DNA from: Acanthaster planci
Taxonomy: Eukaryota
Length of the DNA: 64,000 bases
Assembly (NCBI RefSeq): GCF_001949145.1
Contig: NW_019091355.1
Location: forward strand, 1,176,083-1,240,082
Reading direction: 5' to 3'
Shown here: positions 1 to 10,900 of the stretch, piece by piece
Position numbering within the stretch: position 1 is the stretch's first letter
Layout: the number at the start of each line of letters is the position of its first letter
Made by a program: the position numbers and the translations under genes
Notes under the pieces: model-generated
Told to the model about the DNA's origin: nothing
The model's database searches: none
Seen by the model: the letters and a program-made list of their open reading frames with translations, nothing else

Positions 1-630
1 CAAATCGAAATCTGCCAGTGGCGGAGAGAAGGAAAAAAAGAGGCAATGTAATGTTGACGAGTGTGAAGACGATAAGAAGGGCCCGGTCCACCACAGCGGC
101 CGCGTCCCGCCACTCACGGGCAAAATCCTCGTCGGTGTCTTTGGTCCTTTTCCGATCGGTCAGGTAGTCCACGCAGCGAGCCAGCTCACTGACCTCCCGT
201 TCAAGCCGCACAGTGACCCGGCTGGGCTTGTGGTCGCTGCCCAGTTCGATCATCTCTACAGTGCCCTCCAGGGTCATCTCCTCGCTGCCGTTCGTGAAAT
301 CGTCGCTCAGGTTTTCCTTGACCGAGGTGGCGCTGTCGTTACCCAGGTACTTGGGGAAGCAGCGCACTTTGGTGAGTAGCCCGTTGTCCTGGCCGTGGTA
401 CTTGCGCTTGTTGAGGTGGCGAGTGTAGTACTTGTCCTTTACCTTGTTCTTGGTGAGGTGGGAGCGGTACTTGCACTTACCAACAGCCCTGGCCAGCCAG
501 CCGAAGATGAGCTGGCGGAGAAAAGGCGGCATGGGTACGCTGTTTTGCTCCTTGTGGTAAAGATGAAGCACCCAAACTGACATAAGGACGGACATACCAA
601 CCACAGCAATCATGACAACGAAGTATTTCC
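1..630 (-). CDS. Nicotinic acetylcholine receptor alpha-type subunit, last traced exon (M3, intracellular loop, MA helix, M4); runs off the window edge
   Basis: Acceptor ttcttccacttgtcag, phase 1, matching the donor at 5143. Open frame GKYFVVMIAVVGMSVLMSVWVLHLYH...PMPPFLRQLIFGWLARAV...EWRDAAAVVDRALLIVFTLVNITLPLFFLL, with the typical M3, MX and EW..A.V.DR/M4 motifs. Confidence 0.95.
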
Positions 631-685
631 CTGACAAGTGGAAGAAAAATAGTGTAGTTGTTAGCGAATGAAAGTAATACACGTC

Positions 686-1088
686 TTAAAGGCTGCACGG
701 ATATGGCAATAGTGTCTGCTTGTCTGTCGCAGAATGACGCATACCAACGTTATACCTTTCAGTACAAGAAATAATCGGATAAGTTTGAAAGCCTTCAGCT
801 ATGGGCCTCGAGCTGGACCAAGAGAGGGCGCTATTTCCTCAGCAGCGGCGGCCCCTTTGGTACTAACTGCGCATCGCTGGTTCACGAACGACTGGGAAAC
901 ACAAGCGTTGCGTTGCAGTCGCACCGCTACCAACAAAATGAACACTCCCGACAAATACGGTTCTTTTCAACCAATGAGGGGTGCTTCTGCTCAAGGCGGA
1001 TTGAACTTTTACAATTATCAAGGTAGAAGATTAGAGGCAAATTTATCCAAAAGTAAGCTCCATTTCATATTCATCTTCTGCACTTTAA
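686..1088. mobile_element. Putative TTAA-flanked non-autonomous DNA transposon (Kolobok/piggyBac-like MITE)
   Basis: Begins TTAAaggctgcac and ends ctgcactTTAA (imperfect termini). Interior 824-1001 is homologous to 33674-33841, including an identical 25-mer aggggtgcttctgctcaaggcggat. Confidence 0.5.
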
Positions 1089-2406
1089 AGCTTCATCTAA
1101 ATAAATGAATGATGTCAACACTTAGTCCCCATACTTTCAGGGACAAAAATGATCAAATCCATTGGAAAAAAAGTTTTTCCACAGTTTCACATAAACAGTT
1201 TGCAGCCCTTATACTAGGTAGTATAATAAACCATGCCTTGCGCAAGCGCCATACTCCAGAAACTCAAGTTCGGCTGAATATTCATAGCGTAAACAATAGA
1301 AAAAATGCCAGCGAGCGCGAAAACACCTGTTGGACATGTTGTTACAACGCGCATTGTTTCTGAATTGTTTAGCAAACTGTGTGCATGATACACGCAATGA
1401 ATCAGCACAACGAGGGCAACACGACGAACATATAACTGGCCCACTAGAATTAAGTGCGAGCGTTTTTTTTGGGACCCACTTTCTGCTGCCTTTGTATTGC
1501 TTCCACTGGATCGGAACATTATATTATCCACTCCCTGAGGTCATATTATCGCTTCAACGATGAGGCTTGAAGGTAAGAAAATCCTTTTCGAAACTGGAGA
1601 TGGTATTTTTGCCGAAGCAAAGGGAAGTTACATTAAGCCTCATCGAAGGCGTTGCAGGTTTTTTTTCGGCAGCCATTAAGTGCAGGCTGGAGACGAGTGC
1701 GAAAACATGCCCTGAGCTAGTTGTGAAGTCTTGCTAAACGCGATCAATAATATCTAGACATGTCCGTCGCTTGCAGTGCCGGCAGAGTTCGATGTGTTGC
1801 ATGTAGCTCTGGATTATATGAAATGAGATTTGTATCAGTTGTATATAAGAAGGGCCAGTATTAGGTATATTATTCACGGTCCACTTCACTAGTCATTAAA
1901 AGTTATCGCTTCCCCTTTCGAGAGAATTACCAAATTCAAATACATGAACAGTTTGCTCATAAAAAAACTCGGCTTGGCACAATGGATATAGTGACTAAAC
2001 GGACTGCATTACACGCAGGCTTCTTGTTTACTTCAGACGAAAAAAGATCTCCCCTGGCAAAATATATTAGAAAAAGAAAGACCCACAAAATGGAAACTCC
2101 CGGAATGTATCATGCTTCGTCCCTGTTGTAACATAAACAAATTCATCTTGTGAGTCTAGACAACCTAGCGTTGATGCAGGATATTGGCTTTTATTATAGC
2201 GTGTCTCTTAAGAATAAATAAAACCAATGGACTTGAAAGACAAGCAGCGAGAGTAACCACAGAATACTGAAAGTTACTATAATTTCTCAGGCGCAAAATT
2301 TCATTTGGTTTCTGTGGTTAGCGGTATAAATGTGAACGACGTGTATTTGATTTTCGTTGAAGTGAATTGACCACTTGTATTGCATTAATTATTTTGTGTT
2401 AGTAAA

Positions 2407-2477
2407 GGCTTGTTGGTCTAGTGGCATGATTCTCGCTTTGGGTGTGAGAGGTCCCGGGTTCAATTCCGGACAGGCCC
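2407..2477 (+). tRNA. tRNA-Pro-TGG: tRNA-Pro(TGG), 71 nt, one base short in the T-arm (variant or recent pseudogene)
   Basis: GGCTTGTTGGTCTAGTGGCATGATTCTCGCTTTGGGTGTGAGAGGTCCCGGGTTCAATTCCGGACAGGCCC. Acceptor stem GGCTTGT/ACAGGCC, anticodon stem CTCGC/GTGAG around TT-TGG-GT, A and B boxes recognisable. Confidence 0.88.
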
Positions 2478-2483
2478 CGTCCA

Positions 2484-2489
2484 TTTTTT
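2484..2489 (+). terminator. RNA polymerase III terminator (T6)
   Basis: Run of six T beginning 7 nt after the tRNA 3' end. Confidence 0.7.
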
Positions 2490-5142
2490 AATTCCTTAAA
2501 ATAAAAATTAATGAAAGCCTTTTAAAAAATTATTAAAGACCATCTTTGATTTCCTAATGCGAGAGGGTTGTCCGAATTGAGTAAAATCTTAGGTTAGGAT
2601 CAATCTGTCAGTGTTTTATAAACGAATAACTATAGATATAACTCAATGATATATAAAGACAAATTCATGATACTCATTTTCAAAGGCTATTAAATCATTT
2701 CCTGGGAAGGGTACCAGTGCTTCCTTTCCTGATTGTCAGGTCTACGTTTATGAAAACGGCGAGCGTGTATTCAATTCGGAAAACCTGTGCTCCTCTTCCC
2801 TTTGTAAATTTTGCCTGATGTTTACAAAACGTACTGAGTTCAACTTTTAAAAGAAGACAAAATTGAACGACAACCGTATAACAAGTTCAATCACTTGTAA
2901 TGCTCTGAAATCCTTGATATTTTTGTCTCAAAGCTACAAATATTAGAATGGAAATTTTTCCTTGTTGGAACCTACTGCTGGCCGTACCAGCCGACCGCAA
3001 ATATTAAATTTTGTCGCACGGAAATCGAGTGAAATGGTGCGAGTTATTAAAACGGTAAGACAATAAGTGCTCCTTTCCATGCGGCACTGGGGCCTCCTCG
3101 CTGGGAGAGACAAAACTAATATTCAGCCACACACAGCAGTTATAAAGCAGTTGACTGAATCCTGCGTAAATTAACTCTTGTCACTTCTTAGAAACATTAA
3201 AAATACATAATTATTATTTACAAACGTGAAAGAAATCCCCTCGATTTAGTTGAGTCTTATCAGATTTGATCGTGGAATAAAAAAGGAAAAAAAAAGAATT
3301 ACAAGTATATACACCCGTTCTTGGAAAACTGAAAGTGTAGAGATAATGTAATGTTAGGAACTCATCCGTGGTTGCGTAAGTGATTCATTAATAAGTCTCC
3401 TCCTCTTTTTGGAGAAAATGACATTGAGTTAGTCAATTTAACATTGAAATGCCAGTATGAAGATATAGTCATTCGGTGAGAAATGTTAATGCATCTCAAT
3501 CAAATAACCCTCGTGGATTAAGCCTACAAAATGATACACAAAAGTCGGTGTTATGCTGAGTGTCTTATTAGATTTGTCTCCTGGTTGCTATAGGAACGAA
3601 TGTTTCTGGTCTTCAAGCAGTTGTTGTGGTATTTGTCGTGATGTGTAATTGCATTTCAAGCAAACAATACAATAGAATGCAGAAAAAAGGCAAATAAAAC
3701 GAAAGGAACGAACCACGCTACCCAACTTCCCCACTGATTATAATTGAATGGACAGCGGATGTAAACAAATGGACAAAATTTCTTGGCATGCTGCAGACAG
3801 GGCAGTCTTTTCTTGTTGGTCGTTTGATATTTTGCAGATTTTTCCCTTTAAGTGTAATAAACTACATTTGAACACTTTCCGTATACCGAAATTTCCCTTT
3901 CAAAGGGAATGTTTTTCTGATTTATTGATGTGCATCTGTAGCATAACTTAATGGATGAAACATAAAAGACGAGTAAAAAAGAAACCTGTCGTGTTACCTT
4001 GTCATATTAAATGATCATTATACTTTACCTTTATACACTTGATAATCCTCAAATCCTCTGCATAAGAATGTATAGTTTAGGCCTATTCTTTATCGAGACT
4101 CAAATCACAGCCTATTTTTCAGTTTTGACCTTCTATTCAACTAATTATATTATGCAGCCAGTGCCCTCAGGGACCATCGACTCCAAAGCACTGGAGGTCG
4201 TTTGCAGAGAAAAATAATGAATTTTGAAATAGAAGGATCACCCCTCCTCTCGAGCCCGATCTTGGTTTTGGGGGATGAAAACAAAAGCTGCTACAATTCC
4301 CTATGGTGTGGTTGCGAAAAGCCGCCAGCATTGCTTGCAGTACCGGTAGGCGTCATTTAGGTCAAGCAGTTATTGGATTGGTGTTGGTAATGCCACGAGC
4401 TTTGTCGTTAGTAGAGTACTAGATATACGTGATACAGTTGGAACTTTTTCTATAGTGACAGTGATTGAAATCGCAACTTAACCCATCAAAATTATTATTT
4501 GCCGTAAAGCGGCTCCGCCAAGTTAGAACGGGGGTCAAGCGCCCTCCAGCGTTTGTGTTCTTACAAATCGCTTCTGATGGTGTTATATAACACGCGATGG
4601 AAGCACTGCTGACAAGCAACATCTTAGTTGTCCGTAGCAAAATAAGCTTGTGGAAGTTGCAAGTTTCTTTATACTTGTGCCATTGTCCACCCGTGTAATC
4701 CTGCGCAACGAGGTGCTCAAATGGCCACTTTAAATTTTGCCCACTATTACGTTAAAATTGTTACTAAACACTGTCCGGCGTAATGCTACCAAGTATTAAA
4801 TTACATGGAGAGGCAATTCTGCTTGTTTGTGGCTTTTACATTTTGTGGCGTTAACCCATTCCTAAATTGCGGTACATTTCGATTATCCCTTACGGTGCCG
4901 TTTGTCATGTGCGTTATAGCAGGTGAACTGGTCTCGTGAGAAATTATAAATCGGGTACATAATGCAAAAAACGTCACTCTTCTGATTTTAAACGCTCATT
5001 CCCTTTGTATTAAGACGTCACCGTCTGACTCTAATAGCAGTAAATTTCCCTCCTTGCCAAAGGAAAAGTTTTATGCACACAAGCTCCACTTATCCGGAGC
5101 ATGAAGGTTTCAGGATCATTATGCTAACAGGAGTGAACTCAC

Positions 5143-5684
5143 CAATGATAGGAAATGTTCCATCCGAGGCTGGTGGTATGGTGGTAATAACCAACTCATT
5201 GAAGACAATCAGCGACAGCATAGTGGTGATGGAAAGGTTCATCTTCTCGCCTGATTCCGGGGGTAGGTAGAAGACAAAGATGGACAGGATGGAGATGAGG
5301 ACGTAGGGTAGGATGATATTGGCCACGTAGAACTCGGGCTTGCGTTCAATGACCAAGGTGTACTCCACATCGGGGAACTTGTGCTTGCAACAGGAGTACT
5401 TGATCTTGTGGCTGGCCACCGTCATGTCCAGCAGGTCCCACTCACCGTTAGGCTGGTAGTTGGCCAGCTCCGGCTCAGGCCGGGAGAGTACAATGTCCAC
5501 GCCCGTCTCGTCAAAGGACCACGAGCCGAATTTCAGCGGGCACCTCTGGGTGTCGAAGGGATAATAGGTCAGGTCCACCTTGCAGTAGCTGATGAAGATG
5601 TAAGGGGTGTTAAAGTGCACGTCCCCGTTTGAATGGACGACACACGAAAGACCAAGGTCCCCACTAAGTGGGTTCTGATCTACA
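5143..5684 (-). CDS. Nicotinic acetylcholine receptor alpha-type subunit exon (Cys-loop, loops B and C, M1, M2)
   Basis: ttacag acceptor and gtgagt donor; 542 nt, phase 2 to phase 1. Encodes Cys-loop CKVDLTYYPFDTQRC, KFGSWSFD, NGEWDL, vicinal cysteines YSCC, M1 and PPESGEK/M2. Confidence 0.97.
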
Positions 5685-6098
5685 CTGTAATGTCAGTAGA
5701 GTGAAAAAAAAGGTTGAAATCAGTAAAGTGAAGGAACCATTTTCAATGTGCATATTACGTGGATTAACGTGTTAAATGAGGCGCAGTGTTATCTACGGGT
5801 CGTTTCCAGGGAAATATGTTAAAACGTATTAATAACATACGGAACAAAATTAACATAATTTACTTTGACAGTTTCTGCTTTAACTGGTTTCTCTAGTTAT
5901 ATTGCGAATTCATATAAGTATGATCTTTAACAAAGACTAACTTTGTAAGTTTCCTGTATTTTATCAACATCCTTAGCACTAAGAAAAACTTCTTTGGATA
6001 AACTGTCAGCATTAATGATTCACATCTGTGAAAGTTGTAACTATCAGAGTTTCAGAGAGTCATTAAATTTGGGACGGGTCATTTTAACTTAGCAACTC

Positions 6099-6155
6099 AG
6101 TCGAGTCGAGTCATTTACCCATCGGGACTAGAGTCGAGTCGACTCGAGTCGAATC
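6099..6155. repeat. GAGTC/GACTC pentamer cluster, probably subterminal repeats of a non-autonomous transposon
   Basis: agtcgagtcgagtc...gagtcgagtcgactcgagtcgaatc. Confidence 0.55.
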
Positions 6156-7509
6156 GCCAAACAAAGCCTACAACTCTGATAGCTGTGCAATAAACGAGTA
6201 AATACACAATGGCATTCATAAGCGGGGAGATTTGACATACGTTTCTAGTCAAAAATAATGAAGAGCGATGCATGCCCAAGTGACTAGGCAGAAGAGTAAA
6301 ATCTTTGATAGTGCAACGCCATATGAGCGAGTAAACCCGATCATCATTGTGGGATCAATCCGGGGGACATTTAATGAAATTCTCAATATCAGTTACAGTG
6401 TTTTGGTGTCGCGTTTCTGATTCAATTTCATTTCATGCTCGAATGAAAAGCCAAGGTGAAGAGTCGGGTCTCAAGATAATTCGTCTTTGACTTTTTTGTC
6501 CAGCCCTTGGCTTTTAAGAAAATGACTTTCGGAATTGGGTTAGAGCATCCTGCTTGTTATTCTAATTCCCCTGAGAAAAGCAAACAATATTTGTCAATAA
6601 GTATGATCACAACATCCTCAAGTCTTTCGCATAAAAAAAAATTAATGTAGTCCGCAATGAAAGGTCAAGTGATCATTTTGCATTGGCTTTTAAGACAATT
6701 GAGTTGAACACAAGTTATGCGAACGAAACTAAACGTGTGAACATTTTACACGCATGAAAACCATCTTAAAGTCGCTCTTCATTAATGATACGTCCAATAA
6801 GTTTTCTTTGCACTGGTCTTCGAAGAGAGGCTCCACTGGCAAAGCCGTGGTCGCTAGAATGGGCCCCTACGTATTGCAAATGCAAACTCGTCTTTTCCTC
6901 TTATATTACATTTCTGTCATGAAGAATCTATCCTCTTCATTATTTCACGCTTTGAAAGTGTCTGTCATATAACTAAAGCTCAAACCATGTATAACTGAAT
7001 AAAACATTATACGATTTCGTGCTTTCCCCTTTGAAAGTTCATCCAGGCAAACATCGAAATCTCTCTCCCCAATCTGCTTCTTATTATTTTATGTGCTTGT
7101 TCAATCACTGAAAATTGATTGGGTGTGACGCACTGACTATAAGCATGTCTTTTGTTGTACCAAAAACACGTTTTGTGTGTGCGTATGGAACATCTCAACA
7201 GAAGGAAGAAATTTATTTTTTCTCCTTTCAACTTCATGCAGTATGGGTCGTTAACATATCACCTTGCATAATAGCGTGCACTGTGGTAGAGCTATGTTCC
7301 AGTACAAATCTTGAAGAATATACTATTCGCGTTGAAAACGCCAATAAAAGATCCCTGTACTACAGTGAAATGGCTCGATTAAGTTATAAATTTACAGAGA
7401 AAAATACGCTTTGGTGTATGTGATGTACTTAATCATACTGGCATTTCAAATTTGTGTGTCCTGGTGTATTCGACGTTTTTTATCGATAGTCTAGTGGAAT
7501 CCTTTCTAA

Positions 7510-7560
7510 AGATGAACAAAGAAATTGATCGGAGAGGGATTTGAACCTGCGACCTCCTCT
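7510..7560 (-). mobile_element. tRNA-derived SINE fragment (3' half with B box)
   Basis: Minus strand reads gaggaggtcgcaGGTTCAAATCCctctccgatcaatttctttgttcatc: variable loop and T-loop/B box, with no 5' tRNA half. Confidence 0.55.
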
Positions 7561-7901
7561 TTGGCATTTTAAGGGCGGGGAACAGGTAGTCCCCTCGCAC
7601 GTTTCTCGGCACCGTGTTTGAAATAGGTTTAAAAAGAAAATCCTCCTAAGAGACAACTTTTTTGGTAACATTCTGTGTCGTAATTAAACGTCTCTCAGTG
7701 ACATCCTCACGTCAAAGTTTTCAGAGTCTTCTCCGCAGAATGCCACTGGGAGAGGGGTCAAAATCCTTCCTCCTTTTCTCCGTTACCGTCAGCCAATTAT
7801 AAAAAGCTCCACCGCCATAAGGATTTGCCGAGGCGGGCCGATTTCAAACACCGAGATGCGTGCGAGGGGACTGCCCGTTCCCCGCCCTTTTAAAATGTCA
7901 A
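7561..7901. mobile_element. Foldback/MITE-like element with ~60-bp terminal inverted repeats
   Basis: Reverse complement of 7561-7624 (atttcaaacacggtgccgagaaacgtgcgaggggactacctgttccccgcccttaaaatgccaa) closely matches 7841-7901 (atttcaaacaccgagatgcgtgcgaggggactgcccgttccccgcccttttaaaatgtcaa). Confidence 0.8.
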
Positions 7902-10900
7902 GCGAGCTTGCACACCGTACCGGGGGAGCCCTTTCCGGCCAATTGCAGTAATTGTGTCTCGCGCGTAACCAATCATGATAAATTGGCGTGATTAAAATGG
8001 AGATTGCAACCTGCCAAAGTGCATCTTTTGTATATTGCGGCAGTGGGCCTGGTGCTGACACGTTGTCAAGCCCTTGGCGCCCTCGCAAATGGGAACTACC
8101 CATTCCAACGAATGGGGGGGGGGCACCATCTCCTTGCGAAGATTGAAATTAAATTATTAACGAGTTTTTTATTCATTGTGTTTGTTTTACAGAAAGGGTC
8201 ACTCCCTTGATGTACCCGACAAACTGAAGCACAAAACAAAAGTAATGATGAACAAATGATCAGCATAACGTTTTCCCACAAGGAAATAACGTAGCGTCTT
8301 TTTCCTGTACTGAGGCATCATAATTTTTAGAGCACAGTCTAATATTGTACGTGCATATTTGTTAAACACAAATTCCCTCAAAATATACATAACTTTGTAT
8401 GTAAAACGTCCTTTCAACGAATGGATCACTTTTACGGCAATAACGGTAATTTTATAATGTGTTTCTGACTGCTTTTCAAATGTTAACGGCAACACAAGTG
8501 CTTGTAATGCGCTGGCCGCGTTGTAAGAGAACAATTCTTGTATGTTGCAACGCATCTACTGCAGATTTCATTAGGCGTAAATCCGATAAACGAAAGACTC
8601 CCAAGTAGTAATTGTGTTACAAGGAAAGCAATTCTAAGTTAAGTTCATCAGTACTTCTATTTGTCAATTATCACTTTGTTTCGATGAATATTTATGGTGG
8701 CAAGATAAGTTGACCTTATTTCAGTCACCGTGTGATAATATGAAGCAACCGTGTTAATACACAACAGTCAGTGATTATGTGATGTTATGAAAACACCGAG
8801 TAAGCTATTAAAAAGAACAATTAGTCTCAAATACCGCTAAAACTAAAAGAGATTACTAAAGTTAGATATAAAGCTGCTGTCAAATATGAAAGCGTACATT
8901 GTAATTCCCTAAACTTTCTTGATATTATTTTGAGCCTGAGTTGTGAACAGAATAACTTTCAACTGTGGCTGAAATAGGCGCACCTAGGTACCATAGCACA
9001 TTACCATGCAAGTTGTTAAATAACTGGAGGAATAAGACAAACTAACGAAACACAGAAATCTCCATCAGCCAGAATGGGTAGCCGTTCTCTATTATGGTCA
9101 ATATGCAAGCCTCGGACCAGGGGGTGGGGGTCAACCTCCTTCCTCCACAACCCCCCCCGAACAAAATAAAAACTATAAATAAACAAAACCAACACAACCA
9201 ACCCCGACACTCTTCAAAAATTACGCACAGGAAACAAAAAAAAATGGTAATAATAAAAAAGATGACATCATGTAAGGGTTCTTATTTGAGCGTCGGTAAG
9301 AATGTAAAGCTTTGCCGGTACATATGTACTCTCCCGACTGTTACAATTGGACACATATGACAGGCCTGCCCCCCCCCCTCCCCTGGACAAAATCCTGAAT
9401 CTGCCCCTGCATGCAGCCTGCTGAGTTTAACCTGGTGTTAAATTGGCCATTTTGCTCTGACCTACTTTCGGTGTATCGATCCCAACCAGGCTAATCGCCA
9501 GGTATTATTGACAGCTCCTTCGTGCAAACTGTCGGTGGCCCATTAGTCACAACTGCACTGCTTTAATCACAGTCTCCGCACGCAGGGCCGATCACTTCCC
9601 TCCCTTAAACACACTCTTTCCGCAGAGGACTTCTTTGTTCTGAATTCTTCGGAGGAGGGAAAGGAATCATACGGTTATCAGTGGCCTGTCAGATTGCATC
9701 GAAGTGGCAGCCTACGCCTCAGGTTGCTGTCAAAACTAGAGAGGAACCGGCACAATTCAGCAGTGCCTCGGTATATGCGACACTCAAGAGCGAAATTGTC
9801 GTTACCGTCTCAGTGCCACACAAAACACTTGCAGGTAAATAAACTGCCCGTCACCTTTTGAGAAAAAAGCTGACTCACAAGTTAGCAAACGCGCTTGTCA
9901 AATTAGGAGAGAGTTTCGACGAAATTGTCCCATGATGATGATGCCCGACCAGAATGTCCTATTAATTTCATATAATTACTAATTTGGAATTTAAAAGTCA
10001 TGCTTCATGGGACAATACAATTCCACATTCGGCATCAACAAATCAGCTGCAACATCTTGGCGAGTTGAGCAATCCTATAACTCTTTTCATTTCTCCAGCT
10101 TTCCCGAGGCGACGTTCACTCGCACACTTGACCCCAGCACTTTTACCGCCCCATGTAAAGTTGGCAGACAGCAGATTCCCGCTCCGAAATTAAGTCTTCT
10201 TCGCTCGTAATACACAAACAGTGTCTCACGGTTGTGTAAACAGATCTTGCATGATCACCAGTGGATCAATATCGGATTCCTTCATTTTATTTCCAAGTAT
10301 GGACATCGAAAGGCTAGATATTAACGTCAGCGTTGGCAACGGCTTGCTATACCCTGCTCCACACGCGCAGGTGCTGGAACACAGAAACTCTAACTCCGCT
10401 AATGCGGAGGAGATTTCGAAGTATCGCAAAACAGCTGTTTTTCTTGCTGAAATGTGCGGGATAGACTACAAAGCTGTCCGTAAAATTAACGTTGCCTTTT
10501 TATCACGCGGCACGAATGTTGGCTATGGGTAGAATGACAAGACATCAGAGGATAAGTAAAGCGTTCTTGGTTTCTATCTGTTGACGTTTTTTATAGATTC
10601 AAGTGAAATTCTTATCCGCCTTACGCAATGGACTGTACGCTTTCGCTAAAGTCTTGAACCCTTTTTTAGTTTGATACAATATCAAAAACGAATTATAAAA
10701 CAAGCTTGCATTATGTATCAGTTGCTAAAGTTGTCAACTAGATTATATTATTCACAACTAGAATTTACATTGGTGTAATGACGTTACAAACAGATATGTC
10801 CACAGATGCGCACTATTGAATCAAACATTTTCAACTCAAGCTGCAAATATTTTAAAATCAAGTTTAAGGTCAAGGTAACTGTGCGATTTTTTTCAACAAA

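Noticed and set aside
213..5632. Plus-strand ORFs at 213-428, 395-580, 5073-5270 and 5381-5632
   Set aside because: They are antisense shadows of the GC-rich nAChR exons.
7510..7560. Second tRNA gene
   Set aside because: Only a T-loop/B-box half is present, with no D arm, anticodon arm or acceptor pairing.
8096..8281. Signal-peptide-like ORF (MLIICSSLLLFCASV) on the minus strand
   Set aside because: It lies downstream of exons 2-4, so it cannot be the normal exon 1, and T-rich DNA readily yields hydrophobic peptides.
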